Origin: Opitutales bacterium
GTDB taxonomy: Bacteria; Verrucomicrobiota; Verrucomicrobiia; Opitutales; UBA9783
Direction of reading: 5' to 3'
NCBI GenBank assembly: GCA_046881885.1
Contig: JBKSMP010000022.1
Coordinates: 4,255-68,254 of the forward strand
DNA length: 64,000 nt
A program made the position numbers and the translations under genes. Numbering within the stretch: position 1 is the first letter of the stretch; each line of letters opens with the position of its first letter. This document shows, in pieces, positions 37,421 to 48,258 of this stretch. Under the pieces are notes generated by a model, which was not told where the DNA came from, searched no databases, and saw only the letters and a program-made list of their open reading frames with translations.

Positions 37421-38998
37421 ATGAGTTGGGAAACATTTAAAAAGTATTTTGTTTATTTGCATCCATTGAAGCTTTCATTGGATACAAGTAAGGTGTTTTT
37501 TAAGGATAATTTCTTGCATTCTATGCAGTCTAAGATTGTTCGCGCTTTCAATGAAATGGAAGCTTTGGAAGCAGGACATTTGTCGAATCCAGACGAAAAA
37601 CGTATGGTGGGACACTATTGGTTGCGTAATTTCCAATTGGCCCCTAAACAAGCGATTAATATTGTTTTACATGATAATTGGCTGAAGGTAAGAGCGTTTG
37701 CTGATAAAATTATCAATCAGGAAGTACAAGGCAGTTCTGGACCGTTTAAAACCTTGCTTTGTATTGGTATTGGAGGTTCGGCATTGGGCCCCCAATTACT
37801 TTCCGAAGCTTTAGAGCGTAAACCGAAGGGGCTACATGCGATTTTTATCGATAATACCGACCCGGATGGTATCCATCGTGTTCTTAAAAAGCTAAATAAG
37901 CATTTAGGGCAAACCCTTGTATTAACGACATCAAAGTCAGGAGGTACTCCAGAGCCTCGTAATGGTTTGATGGAAGTACGAGCTGCATTTGAGAAGCAAA
38001 AAATTCCTTTCAATAAGCACGCTGTTGCGATTACATGCGAAGGTAGCGAATTGGATCAATTGGCGCAGAAAGAAGAATGGTTGGCACGTTTCCCTATGTG
38101 GGATTGGGTTGGTGGACGAACAAGTTTGTTTAGCAATGTTGGTTTATTGCCTTGTGCTTTGCAAAATATGGATATCAGTGCGCTGGTACAAGGTGCAACC
38201 GAAATGGATATTTTGACACGCAATACGGAGGTTCTAAATAATCCTGCGATGATGTTAGCTTTATCCTGGTATTCCTGTACAGAAGGTTGTGGTAAGAAGA
38301 ACATGGTTGTTATACCTTATAAAGATTCTTTGGCCTTATTTCCGAAATACTTGCAACAGCTGATTATGGAATCCTTGGGGAAAAAATTGTCACTGGATGG
38401 ACGTAAAGTATTCCAAGGCTTAACGGTCTATGGTAACAAAGGTTCTACCGATCAACATGCTTATGTACAACAATTACGGGATGGATTGGATGATAGCTTT
38501 GTAACCTTTATTGAAGTCCAAGTATCGCGTAATGCATCTCATGTAAAAGTTGAAGGTGAGCTTACAAGCGGTGATTTCCTCGAAGGATTCTTTTTAGGTA
38601 CCCGTGAAGCTTTAACGGAGGTTAATCGGCCTTCGATTACCTTAACAATGAAGCATCTTAATGCACAAAGTTTAGGAGCCTTGATTGCTTTATTTGAACG
38701 CGCTGTTGGTTTCTATGCAAGTTTTGTGCGCATTAATGCTTATCATCAACCTGGTGTTGAAGCAGGTAAAAAGGCTGCTAAGAAATTTCTCACTATTCAG
38801 CAACAAATCGTACACTTTTTAAGCGAGCGAGCAGGCTATTATTTTAGTCCCGAAGAAGTTGCTAATGCTCTAAATTTAACTTCAGACGTAGAAAATGTTT
38901 TCAAGATTTTAGAGTATTTAGCGGCCAACAAACGCATTTTTAGAAATAAATTGTTGCCTTTGACCAAAAGTACCTATTGCATAAAGAAAAAACAATGA
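37421..38998 (+). CDS. pgi: glucose-6-phosphate isomerase
   Basis: IGIGGSALGP, SKSGGTPE and QHAYVQQLRDG motifs of the PGI family. Confidence 0.9.
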   Translation: MSWETFKKYFVYLHPLKLSLDTSKVFFKDNFLHSMQSKIVRAFNEMEALEAGHLSNPDEKRMVGHYWLRNFQLAPKQAINIVLHDNWLKVRAFADKIINQEVQGSSGPFKTLLCIGIGGSALGPQLLSEALERKPKGLHAIFIDNTDPDGIHRVLKKLNKHLGQTLVLTTSKSGGTPEPRNGLMEVRAAFEKQKIPFNKHAVAITCEGSELDQLAQKEEWLARFPMWDWVGGRTSLFSNVGLLPCALQNMDISALVQGATEMDILTRNTEVLNNPAMMLALSWYSCTEGCGKKNMVVIPYKDSLALFPKYLQQLIMESLGKKLSLDGRKVFQGLTVYGNKGSTDQHAYVQQLRDGLDDSFVTFIEVQVSRNASHVKVEGELTSGDFLEGFFLGTREALTEVNRPSITLTMKHLNAQSLGALIALFERAVGFYASFVRINAYHQPGVEAGKKAAKKFLTIQQQIVHFLSERAGYYFSPEEVANALNLTSDVENVFKILEYLAANKRIFRNKLLPLTKSTYCIKKKQ

Positions 38999-39156
38999 GA
39001 CCTTTTTATTGTTTAGCAGTTGTTGTCTTAGGTTTGCTTGGAGGTTGTTCGCAAACCGTGGAAAGTACCGAAGCATTGGATGATTCTCGTTTGCCTTGGG
39101 GAAGACCGGCCGATTGGGAAAAGTCCATGCCGATTGCTCCAGGAGTTCGTTATTGA
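38995..39156 (+). CDS. 53-aa putative lipoprotein (below the ORF-track cutoff)
   Basis: MRPFYCLAVVVLGLLGGCSQTVE... has a lipobox-like LLGGC. Its ATG overlaps the pgi stop (ATGA) and its TGA overlaps the xth ATG (TGATG). Confidence 0.5.
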   Translation: MRPFYCLAVVVLGLLGGCSQTVESTEALDDSRLPWGRPADWEKSMPIAPGVRY

Positions 39157-39926
39157 TGACGACGAAGATTATCTCTTGGAATGTTAATGGCTTACGTTCC
39201 ATTTTAGGTAAAAATTTTAACCAGTTCGTTGAAGAGCATCAACCCGATATTTTGTGCCTACAGGAAACAAAAGTTTATGGTGATGTTTGCCCTGAAGTTT
39301 CTGGTTTTTCGCATAAGTATTTTAATCATTGCGAAGTAAAAAAAGGGTATTCGGGTACAGCGATTTTGACCAATAAGGAGCCTATACAGGTACGCCTTTT
39401 GGATGTGGATCCGAAGCATCCTGAGGGACGTATCATTGTAGCCGAATTTGAGACGTTTTATCTTGTTAATACCTATGTTCCTAATGCCCAAAGCGAGTTA
39501 CAGCGGCTACCTTATCGTGTTGGTATTTGGGATGTCAATTTTAGAAAATTACTTATCGATTTGCAGGTAAAAAAGCCAATTTTATGGTGTGGTGATTTGA
39601 ATGTTGCACATTATCCTATTGATCTTGAAAATCCAGAAGCACACCATTTTCATGCCGGTTTTACCGATCAAGAACGTCAATCGTTTACTCAAACACTGGA
39701 TTGTGCTCTTGTCGATGTTTTCAGGGATCTGCACCCGGATTTACCTAAACAGTATTCTTGGTGGTCTTATCGTGCAAGAGCTCGCGAACGTAATGTGGGG
39801 TGGCGTATTGACTATTTTGTTGCTTCAAAAAGTTTAATGCCTCGCGTCGATTCGTGCGAAATCTTGGCAGATGTTATGGGTTCCGACCACGCCCCCGTTC
39901 AGCTGATCTTACAAGGGATGTTGTGA
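39156..39926 (+). CDS. xthA: exodeoxyribonuclease III
   Basis: MTTKIISWNVNGLRS, CLQETK and GSDHAPV motifs of the ExoIII/APE1 family. ATG 39156 is preferred over the upstream track start. Confidence 0.9.
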   Translation: MTTKIISWNVNGLRSILGKNFNQFVEEHQPDILCLQETKVYGDVCPEVSGFSHKYFNHCEVKKGYSGTAILTNKEPIQVRLLDVDPKHPEGRIIVAEFETFYLVNTYVPNAQSELQRLPYRVGIWDVNFRKLLIDLQVKKPILWCGDLNVAHYPIDLENPEAHHFHAGFTDQERQSFTQTLDCALVDVFRDLHPDLPKQYSWWSYRARARERNVGWRIDYFVASKSLMPRVDSCEILADVMGSDHAPVQLILQGML

Positions 39927-39987
39927 AGTTAATTAAGAGAATTTTTTGTGAAAAATCCTCTCAAACTCTCCTTAAAACTTTTTACTT

Positions 39988-40010
39988 ATTTTGCAACACT
40001 GTTGCAAAAT
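39988..40010. promoter_or_regulatory. perfect 10-bp inverted repeat ATTTTGCAAC-act-GTTGCAAAAT between xth and alaS
   Basis: Read directly from the sequence. It lies 62 nt after the xth stop and 114 nt before the alaS ATG. It could be an operator or a weak AT-rich terminator hairpin. Confidence 0.4.
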
Positions 40011-40123
40011 GAATAAAGTTTTTGAGGATGGTTTTAGGAAGGAACTTTTTTCAAAAAGTTTTTTCCTAATAAATTTTTGAAAAAGAATTGCTTTAAGGAT
40101 GTAGATCTTATACAACTAAGAAC

Positions 40124-42799
40124 ATGATGAGATCTAAAGAGATTCGTGAAAGTTTTTTAAAGTTTTTTGAAGGCAAGGGGCACAGCATTGTTCCATCGAG
40201 TTCGCTGTTGCCGGAAGCTCCCAATTTACTTTTTACGAATGCTGGCATGAATCCTTTTGTTCCTTATTTTTTAGGTGAACGGAAGCCCAATGCATTGCGG
40301 GTAGCTGATACGCAGAAATGCATTCGTGCAGGTGGCAAGCACAATGATTTAGAGGAAGTTGGCTTTGATACCTATCATCATACTTTTTTTGAAATGTTAG
40401 GAAATTGGTCCTTTGGTGATTTTTTCAAAAAAGAAGCCATTCGTTGGGCTTGGGAGCTCTTAACGCAAGTTTGGAAGATGCCTAAAGAGCGTCTTTATGC
40501 GACTGTTTATAAGCCAGAATCGGGTGAACCTGCAGCATTTGATGAGGAAGCCTATGGCATTTGGGAGGAGATTTTCCGCCAAGAAGGGCTTGATCCATCG
40601 ATACATATTGTTTTTGGCCATAAAAAGGACAATTTTTGGATGATGGGCGATACGGGACCTTGTGGACCCTGTTCCGAAATTCATATCGATTTGACGCCAA
40701 ATGGCGATTCTAAGGGGCGTTTAGTTAATCAAGGAGATGTCCGTTGTATTGAAATTTGGAATTTGGTTTTCATGCAATACAATGCGTTACCGGATGGCAG
40801 TTTTGAATTGTTAAAAGATAAATTTGTCGATACCGGAATGGGATTTGAGCGTATTGCCGGTATTTTTGCGACAACACGCAATTTTACAGATTTTTCGAAG
40901 ACGCCATCCAATTACGACAGTGATCTTTTTACAGCTATTTTTGATTGGTTACAACAGCGTTCTGGTCACCCGTATGAAGGTCGTATTCCGTTAAATGAAG
41001 ATGGTACAAATCATCCAGAAGTATTGAAGGATTGCGCTTTTAGGATTATCGCGGATCATATTCGAACCTTGTCGTTTGCCATTGCGGATGGTATTTTGCC
41101 TGGCAATGAAGGTCGTAATTATGTGCTTAGACGTATTATTCGACGTGCTATTCTCTTTGGGCAAAAGCTCCAATTGCCTGTCGGCTTTTTCTCGGAATTA
41201 TCAGCAGTGATTGTTGAACAATTGGGAGATTTTTTCCCAGAATTACGACAACAAGCGGATACGATAAAAAAAGTTTTATTAAAAGAGGAACAAAACTTTC
41301 AGCTTACTCTGGATCGTGGTTTGCGTTTATTTGATCGTTGGGCCTCAGAAAACCTAACAATTTTGTCAGGAGAAAAGGTTTTTCAATTGTATGATACCTA
41401 TGGATTCCCGGTCGATTTGACGCAATTAATCGCTAAAGAACGTGGAATAAAGGTGGATACGGAAGGCTTTGAAGCCGCTATGATCGAGCAAAAAGAACGT
41501 TCAAAAGCTGCTACCAAAAAGTCGGTAGTTGCTTTAGCTCAAGAAACGGATAAAAAAACCGAATTTATTGGGTATGATCGTGAAAAGATTCGCGATTGGA
41601 GTTCTTTGGTTGAAGCTGTTACGACAGAAAACGGAAAGATTTATGTAACAGTTGAGGCAAGTCCTTTTTATGGAGAAAAAGGTGGGCAAATTGGCGATAC
41701 AGGTATGATTATCTTTGAAGATGGTCGTAAGTGTTCTGTTGTGAATACTGTATGGAATGGTAGTGTTCTGTTGCATGTTATCGAAGGTATGGCTTTTAAA
41801 GATGTACAGCAATTCATTGGCAAACCTGTACGCTTAATTGTCGATTACGAGCGTCGCCTTCAAATTGCGCGGCATCATACTGCAACCCACTTGTTACATT
41901 GGGCTCTACGAAAGGTTTTAGGGGAACATGTTCATCAAGCTGGTTCGTTGGTTACAGATCAATCTTTGCGTTTTGATTTTTCGCATTTCGAGAAATTGTC
42001 GGATGTACAATTAGAAACCATAGAGCGTTTGTGCAATGAGAAAATTTTAGAAAATGTGCCAGTCGTTACCGAAGAAATGGATTTCGACAAACGTCCTGAA
42101 AATTGTTTGGCCTTTTTCGAAGATAAATATGGCGATCGTGTTCGTGTTGTAAAACTAGGAGATTTTTCAACGGAATTATGTGGTGGAACGCATGCGCAAT
42201 TTACAGGTGAATTAGGGCTTTTGAAGATTGTCCAAGAAAGTTCAATTGCGTCTGGTGTGCGACGTATCGAAGCGATTGCCGGTCGAGTTGCTTACGATGC
42301 TACTGTGCAGTTGTTGCAAGCAGTGAAACAGTTGGAAAATCAAATGGAATGCACTTTGGAGGGCGTTTTTGATAAATATCAACGCTTAAATGAGCAAAAG
42401 CAAGATTTAGAAGCCAAATACCGCCAGCTCCTTCAAAAAAATGTGGGGAGTACGATTGAACAAGCAGCTGATGTTAATGGGTTGCAATGCGTACAATTTC
42501 AAATTCAATCGGCCGATATGCAGCTTTTAAGGAGTTTAGGGAAGAGCTACTTTTCGCAAAATAAAACGGATATTTTATTAGCCGCAGGAGAATTCGATAA
42601 TAAGGGTATCGTACTTGTTTTTTGCTCAGAACAAGCGATTAAGCAAGGATATTTGGCTGGAGCTCTTATACAAAAGTTCTTGAAGCCTTTAGGGGCAAAT
42701 GGTGGTGGAAAGCCTGATTTTGCAACCGGTGGTATTAAGGAAATCAATCAATTGCGTACGGCTTGGAAAGCTTTTAACTGGAATACCTTTCTCTCATGA
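40124..42799 (+). CDS. alaS: alanine--tRNA ligase
   Basis: FTNAGMNPF, the class II core, the editing-domain HHTATHLLH...CGGTH, and a C-terminal DHHA1-like GGGKPDFA. Confidence 0.97.
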   Translation: MMRSKEIRESFLKFFEGKGHSIVPSSSLLPEAPNLLFTNAGMNPFVPYFLGERKPNALRVADTQKCIRAGGKHNDLEEVGFDTYHHTFFEMLGNWSFGDFFKKEAIRWAWELLTQVWKMPKERLYATVYKPESGEPAAFDEEAYGIWEEIFRQEGLDPSIHIVFGHKKDNFWMMGDTGPCGPCSEIHIDLTPNGDSKGRLVNQGDVRCIEIWNLVFMQYNALPDGSFELLKDKFVDTGMGFERIAGIFATTRNFTDFSKTPSNYDSDLFTAIFDWLQQRSGHPYEGRIPLNEDGTNHPEVLKDCAFRIIADHIRTLSFAIADGILPGNEGRNYVLRRIIRRAILFGQKLQLPVGFFSELSAVIVEQLGDFFPELRQQADTIKKVLLKEEQNFQLTLDRGLRLFDRWASENLTILSGEKVFQLYDTYGFPVDLTQLIAKERGIKVDTEGFEAAMIEQKERSKAATKKSVVALAQETDKKTEFIGYDREKIRDWSSLVEAVTTENGKIYVTVEASPFYGEKGGQIGDTGMIIFEDGRKCSVVNTVWNGSVLLHVIEGMAFKDVQQFIGKPVRLIVDYERRLQIARHHTATHLLHWALRKVLGEHVHQAGSLVTDQSLRFDFSHFEKLSDVQLETIERLCNEKILENVPVVTEEMDFDKRPENCLAFFEDKYGDRVRVVKLGDFSTELCGGTHAQFTGELGLLKIVQESSIASGVRRIEAIAGRVAYDATVQLLQAVKQLENQMECTLEGVFDKYQRLNEQKQDLEAKYRQLLQKNVGSTIEQAADVNGLQCVQFQIQSADMQLLRSLGKSYFSQNKTDILLAAGEFDNKGIVLVFCSEQAIKQGYLAGALIQKFLKPLGANGGGKPDFATGGIKEINQLRTAWKAFNWNTFLS

Positions 42800-44415
42800 A
42801 CCTTGTTGAAGCTTTAGCAGAATCCGCCCGTCAACAACCTGATACAATTGGTTTAAAGCTTCCTATACGGGAAGGTAAGCAACTGTCTTACAAAGATCGT
42901 TCGTTTGCAGCAATGCACCATGAAGTTGATTTGTTGGCTACGTATTTGTTTTCCAAAAAATTTTCGCGTGGGAAAAAGGTGCTGATTTTATTACCGCCAG
43001 GAGAAGATCTTCTCATTGCAGTTTTTGCATTGTTGCGCTTAGGGGCAATACCGGTTGTTATCGATCCAGGTATGGGCCTCAAAAATTTTGTTGCATGTAC
43101 GCGCAAGACGCAACCTGATTTTTTATTGGCAAGTCCTAAAGCCCGTTTGCCGCTTTTTTTATTAAAAGGATGGATACGGTTTAAAAAGGTTATTTTTATT
43201 ACCAGTAAACTCAAGCAAAAGCTGAAGAAGCAAAACTTTGTGTGTCATTTGCAGCAAGAAAATGATTTAGAAGCAACCGCAGCTGTATTGTTTACTTCGG
43301 GGTCAACAGGGGCCCCAAAAGGCGCTGTTTATACCTATCAAGATTTCAATGCGCAAATCGAAGCTTTGCAGCAGTTATTTAAAATACAAGCAGGCGAGGT
43401 GGATTTGCCACTATTGCCAGTTTTTTCGCTTTATAATCCGGCTTTTGGTATGACAACTGTCGTACCTGAAATGAATCCCTCGCATCCCAGTCGTCTGAAT
43501 CCGGCTTATATTGCGGAGGCTCTACAAACTTGTTCGGTTACGCATAGCTTCGGATCACCTCGTTTATGGACGAAGATTGTGGAGTATTGCGAAAGGAAAA
43601 ATCTATCTTTTCCTGCATTAAAGCGTGTCTTTTTGGCAGGAGCACCGGTACATCCGCATTTATTAAAACGCGTACAAGATTTGTTACCAAATGGTACGGC
43701 TTATACGCCTTATGGGGCTACAGAGGCCTTGCCAATTGCTTGTATTTCTGCACGAGAAGTTTTGGAAGAGACTTATCAGCAGACACTTGCTGGCAAAGGG
43801 ACCTGCGTTGGAAAGCTTGTCGAAGGGGTTGAAGTGCGTATTGTGCCAATTTCGGATGAAGCAGTGGATGTTTTACCCTCTGAATTACCGCAAGGAGAAA
43901 TCGGTGAAATCGTTGTTTGTGCGCCGTATATCAGCAAATCTTACTTAAACAATCCGGAAGCCACCCAGAAGGCGAAGATTCGTTTCAATGGGAAAATCTG
44001 GCATCGTATGGGCGACTTGGGCTACAAAGATGCCCAAGGAAGATTGTGGTTCTGTGGACGCAAAGTAGAACGGGTTGTTACTCCTCAAAAAACCTACTAT
44101 ACGGATTGCTGTGAGGCTATTTTTAATGCACATAAAGAAGTGTTTCGATCGGCATTGATTGCGTTTAAACACAAGGAAGTAGTGGTTCCTGCGATGGTTA
44201 TTGAGCCTAAAAAGAACGTATCTAAAGCGGATAGAGTTGCTTTATTGGAAGCCTTACGTTTGCACGCTAAAACTTGTTCAGAAACCACACCGATTCAACA
44301 CTTTGCGATTTTCAAAAACTTTCCGGTTGATGTTCGTCATAATGCCAAAATTCATCGTTTGACCTTGATGAAGTATTTTGCAAAAAATCCTAAAAAAATG
44401 ATGCATTTGGGTTAA
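42796..44415 (+). CDS. AMP-dependent synthetase/ligase (acyl-CoA ligase family)
   Basis: AMP-binding motif LFTSGSTGAPKGA, then YGATE, and GDLGY.D..G.L.F.GRK. ATGA overlap with the alaS stop. Confidence 0.85.
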   Translation: MNLVEALAESARQQPDTIGLKLPIREGKQLSYKDRSFAAMHHEVDLLATYLFSKKFSRGKKVLILLPPGEDLLIAVFALLRLGAIPVVIDPGMGLKNFVACTRKTQPDFLLASPKARLPLFLLKGWIRFKKVIFITSKLKQKLKKQNFVCHLQQENDLEATAAVLFTSGSTGAPKGAVYTYQDFNAQIEALQQLFKIQAGEVDLPLLPVFSLYNPAFGMTTVVPEMNPSHPSRLNPAYIAEALQTCSVTHSFGSPRLWTKIVEYCERKNLSFPALKRVFLAGAPVHPHLLKRVQDLLPNGTAYTPYGATEALPIACISAREVLEETYQQTLAGKGTCVGKLVEGVEVRIVPISDEAVDVLPSELPQGEIGEIVVCAPYISKSYLNNPEATQKAKIRFNGKIWHRMGDLGYKDAQGRLWFCGRKVERVVTPQKTYYTDCCEAIFNAHKEVFRSALIAFKHKEVVVPAMVIEPKKNVSKADRVALLEALRLHAKTCSETTPIQHFAIFKNFPVDVRHNAKIHRLTLMKYFAKNPKKMMHLG

Positions 44416-44427
44416 AGGGAAGCGTAC

Positions 44428-46578
44428 ATGTCGGATGCCCTACAACGAGCCTTATTTTGTAAATCTATTAATCAGGATTTTTCCTTAATTGCTCCGGCAG
44501 GTGTTGGAAAAACCTATTCGATTGTCGAACGTATTTTTACCTTAGCTCAAGAGAAGCCAGAAGAATTGCCTGCCTTGTGTGTAATTACTTATACGCGAAA
44601 AGCTGCAGAAACATTGAAGGTGCGTACATTTGAGCGATTAAAACAATCTCCTAATTTTAAAGCCATTTTGCCCTTATTAGAGCAAAGTTTTTTTGGAACC
44701 ATTCACAGTTTATGTTGGCAACATATTCAGCAATTTTATCCACAAAAACCTTTTGAAATTTTGCAAGATGAGGCGGTTTTACGAGAACAATTTTTGTCAC
44801 AATTTGAGGTAAAAACCGAGTTAGGTAACTATGTTTTGCGTTTTGTTGACGAAGAAGTTTTGTTGGATTTAGCGAATGATTTGTCACCTAATGAGATGGC
44901 TTCGGATGTGTTGGAATCTTTGCCTATAATGGATCTAAGTCCGATTTATGATTATCTGCCAGAATCTCGTAATCGTGTGCAAATTGAACGGATGAAACGC
45001 CTTGTGGAACAATGGGAAAAGACTTATCGAGAAGATGAAACTGGGTTTTTGCCGGAATGTTCGGTAGGTGGCGAAGGCTTTAAGCAGTGTTTTTACGAAG
45101 CTTTTCGTCCTTTTTATGGACATTTAGGGAAGGCTACCTTACGCTATGCTCAAATTTTAGCGAAAGATTATTTTGAGTTTCGTGTAAGAAAAGGCTATTT
45201 GAGGCATTCGGATTTGGTACATTTGGCGCAAAATTGTTTGCAAAAGGAGGCAGGCCAGGCATTTTTTAAAGAAAAAAAGCTGCATGTGTTGTTGGATGAA
45301 GCGCAGGATACGGATGTAGATCAATTTAAGTATTTGTTAAGCTTGGTTGAAATGCGTTCAGATAATCGATTTTCGATGGTTGGGGATCCGCAGCAATCGA
45401 TTTATGGATCACGATCAAACATTGCGTTTTACTTAAAAATCCATGAAGAGCGTATCCGCAAAGGTCATTGGCAGGAACTCGTTTTTACCGATACCTATCG
45501 TTGTCCTAAGGCTATTGTAGATGCTTTAAATGAACACTTTCCAAAAATTTTGAATAAGGCCAAGGATCCGCAGCAAGTCGATTATGTACCTTTAAGGGCC
45601 GCACGTACAGATTGGGAAGGTTGCTTTAGAGGTATTGAACTTCCTGAAAATACCACAGAACTGTCTAATGAAGCCTTTGAAATTCATTATTTGGCAGAAT
45701 TTATCCAGAAGTTTTTGAAAGAAAACAAGGTAAAACCTTCGAGTATTTGTGTTTTGGCCCCCCGTAATGATTGGTTGCAAGCTATTGCAGAAGGTTTTAA
45801 GTCTCATGGGCTTCAGCTTCAACTCCATTCTAAGAAAGCAACGGGGCGTCAGAATGCTTTATTTTGTGCGGTTTTAGCCTTTATTCATTTGCTCAATTTC
45901 CCGGATGATACCTTTGAATTAGCGGGAATATTGTACGGACTTTTTGATGTAGATGCGTACACATTGACGAAACATTCATTGAGTTTGCAAATTGAGCAAA
46001 CCGCCCAAGGCAAAGGAAGTATTGACAGTATTTTGGAGCAGTTGCGACAGCTGCGAAAATCAACGCTTGCTTTGAATCTCTATTTAGGTACGCAACAATT
46101 AATTACATTTTTTCAAGATGTTTGTCTGTCTAATGATACCGATGAAACTGTTATCGAAATTTTGTTGGAAAAAGCATTTGAAGCTGTTCAAGAACATCGA
46201 TCTTGGGCCTACCTCGAAGCGCAACTACGAACTTACCTAGATACAACCTTGGATGTTGATGTGGCAGTAGACCCAAACGCAATACAAGGGTTTTCATGCC
46301 ATAAGGCAAAAGGCTTGGAATGGGAAACGGTCATTTTGCCCTTTATTCATCGTCCTATTCGCCCAAAACCCGTACGTTATCCCTATATCCATAAAGACCG
46401 CCTTTTTTTGCATAAATACAACAAAGATAGCACCTTATCCGCCGATTACCACCGAGAACTCCAACGTCTGCTCTACGTTGCCTGTACTCGCTCTCAGAAA
46501 AACTTTTTTTACTTCAATGATGCCGTATTGTGGGATAAAAATGGAGATAACTGTTTGTTTGGAAAAATTTTTTATTAA
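44428..46578 (+). CDS. UvrD/AddA-like superfamily 1 DNA helicase (no nuclease domain)
   Basis: Walker A APAGVGKTYS, then LLDEAQDTD, GDPQQSIYG, HKAKGLEWETVILP and RLLYVACTRS. Confidence 0.85.
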   Translation: MSDALQRALFCKSINQDFSLIAPAGVGKTYSIVERIFTLAQEKPEELPALCVITYTRKAAETLKVRTFERLKQSPNFKAILPLLEQSFFGTIHSLCWQHIQQFYPQKPFEILQDEAVLREQFLSQFEVKTELGNYVLRFVDEEVLLDLANDLSPNEMASDVLESLPIMDLSPIYDYLPESRNRVQIERMKRLVEQWEKTYREDETGFLPECSVGGEGFKQCFYEAFRPFYGHLGKATLRYAQILAKDYFEFRVRKGYLRHSDLVHLAQNCLQKEAGQAFFKEKKLHVLLDEAQDTDVDQFKYLLSLVEMRSDNRFSMVGDPQQSIYGSRSNIAFYLKIHEERIRKGHWQELVFTDTYRCPKAIVDALNEHFPKILNKAKDPQQVDYVPLRAARTDWEGCFRGIELPENTTELSNEAFEIHYLAEFIQKFLKENKVKPSSICVLAPRNDWLQAIAEGFKSHGLQLQLHSKKATGRQNALFCAVLAFIHLLNFPDDTFELAGILYGLFDVDAYTLTKHSLSLQIEQTAQGKGSIDSILEQLRQLRKSTLALNLYLGTQQLITFFQDVCLSNDTDETVIEILLEKAFEAVQEHRSWAYLEAQLRTYLDTTLDVDVAVDPNAIQGFSCHKAKGLEWETVILPFIHRPIRPKPVRYPYIHKDRLFLHKYNKDSTLSADYHRELQRLLYVACTRSQKNFFYFNDAVLWDKNGDNCLFGKIFY

Positions 46579-46954
46579 CTTTATCTGAGACTTAGCAAGG
46601 AGTAAAGTGGAATAGTTAGGGAGTTTATACATTGTCTTATGATGCAGTTTGGTACAAGAATATCGACGAACGATTTTGAATCAGGTTACTTGTTTACTTC
46701 GTTAGCAACATTGGCATCGATAAATCGATTGTCATAACCTACATTATGTATGGAGGTATAAGGCCGTCTTTGGCGGCCGTATCTACACGTTGATCTCTAT
46801 CGTTTGGAAATGATTTAATATAAGTGAAAACACCCAGAAAAACCCAATTAGATACTATTTAAATAACAAAACTTACATCAAATTTTAACGGATACTTTAC
46901 CAATTACAATGCTGCTCAACAAATTTTACGCTTCGATTTTGAAACTTATCCTTC

Positions 46955-48205
46955 TTAGTAAGGCAAAGGAAATTTTTCACATAAAGCTTCGACGGACTTA
47001 CGGATTTCATCGCTACCTTTTGGATTTGCAGCCAACAAGGTTTGATGCATTAAATCGGCAATAAGATCCATCTCTTTCAAACCCATTCCGCGAGACGTTA
47101 AAGCGGCTGTACCGACACGCAAACCGCTTGTTTGGAAAGGACTACGTGTTTCACCTGGAATGGTATTACGATTAACGGTAATCTTATTCGCTTCTAGAAG
47201 CTCTTGGGCTTGTTTTCCTGTCATTTCTGGAAGCGATGGACGCAAATCGACTAAGAATAAATGATTATCGGTTCCTCCGCTAACAATCGTATAACCTTTG
47301 GCTTGAAACGCTTCGGCTAAACGCTTCGAATTAGCAATCACTTGCTGTTGATAAACCTTAAAGCCTTCTGTAAGAGCTTGCTTGAAACAGACCGCTTTTC
47401 CGGCAATCACATGCATTAAAGGCCCACCTTGAGTCCCTGGAAACAAAATAGAATCAACGGCTTTAGCATATTTTTCTTTGCACAAAATCAAGCCACCACG
47501 TGGACCACGCAAAGTTTTATGGGTTGTTGTGGTAACAAAATCGGCATAAGGCACAGGTGAAGGATGCAAGCCAGCTGCAACCAAACCGGCAATATGAGCA
47601 ATATCCGCCAACAAATAAGCACCACATTTTTGTGCAATTTGTCCCATGCGTTCAAAATCGATGATGCGTGGATAAGCCGATGCTCCAACAGTAATCATGT
47701 TGGGCTTTTCACGCATCGCAACTTCCTCTAAAGCCTCATAATCAATGCGTCCAGTTGTCAAATCGACGCCATAATGGACAACGTTAAAGAGCATGCCACT
47801 GATATTTTTTGAATAACCATGAGAAAGATGTCCGCCGCAATCGAGTTGCATCGTAAGCAACTTATCGCCAGGTTTTAACACGGACAAATAAACGGCCACG
47901 TTCGCTTGAGTTCCTGAATGCGGTTGCACATTGGCGTGCTCTGCACCAAAAACTTCTTTTGCGCGATCAATTGCTAACTGCTCAATACCATCGACGTGTT
48001 CACAACCCCCATAATAACGTTTTTGTGGATAACCTTCGGCATATTTATTCGTTAAAATACTTCCAACCGCTTCCATAATGCCGGGCAAGGTAAAATTCTC
48101 CGAAGCAATTAACTCCAGTCCCTTCTCTTGGCGACATTTTTCTTTACGAATCAATTCCGCAATTTCTGGATCCAATAAATCAAGCGATTGTGCAGGTATA
48201 CTCAT
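46955..48205 (-). CDS. glyA: serine hydroxymethyltransferase
   Basis: ELIASENF, the PLP site [14 protein letters not shown], and an overall SHMT pattern. Confidence 0.97.
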   Translation of the reverse strand: MSIPAQSLDLLDPEIAELIRKEKCRQEKGLELIASENFTLPGIMEAVGSILTNKYAEGYPQKRYYGGCEHVDGIEQLAIDRAKEVFGAEHANVQPHSGTQANVAVYLSVLKPGDKLLTMQLDCGGHLSHGYSKNISGMLFNVVHYGVDLTTGRIDYEALEEVAMREKPNMITVGASAYPRIIDFERMGQIAQKCGAYLLADIAHIAGLVAAGLHPSPVPYADFVTTTTHKTLRGPRGGLILCKEKYAKAVDSILFPGTQGGPLMHVIAGKAVCFKQALTEGFKVYQQQVIANSKRLAEAFQAKGYTIVSGGTDNHLFLVDLRPSLPEMTGKQAQELLEANKITVNRNTIPGETRSPFQTSGLRVGTAALTSRGMGLKEMDLIADLMHQTLLAANPKGSDEIRKSVEALCEKFPLPY

Positions 48206-48258
48206 GATCTTATAACAACTCTTCTGCTAAAAATTTGCAAGGTTTTAATGCCTCTATT

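Noticed and set aside
46579-46954. A 376-bp convergent intergenic region between the helicase and glyA, scanned for an ncRNA (SRP RNA, 6S, RNase P, tmRNA) or a small gene.
   Set aside because: I found no conserved ncRNA motifs. There is only a 5-bp GC hairpin (ggccg...cggcc) and a 32-codon ORF without an SD. Nothing supportable by eye.
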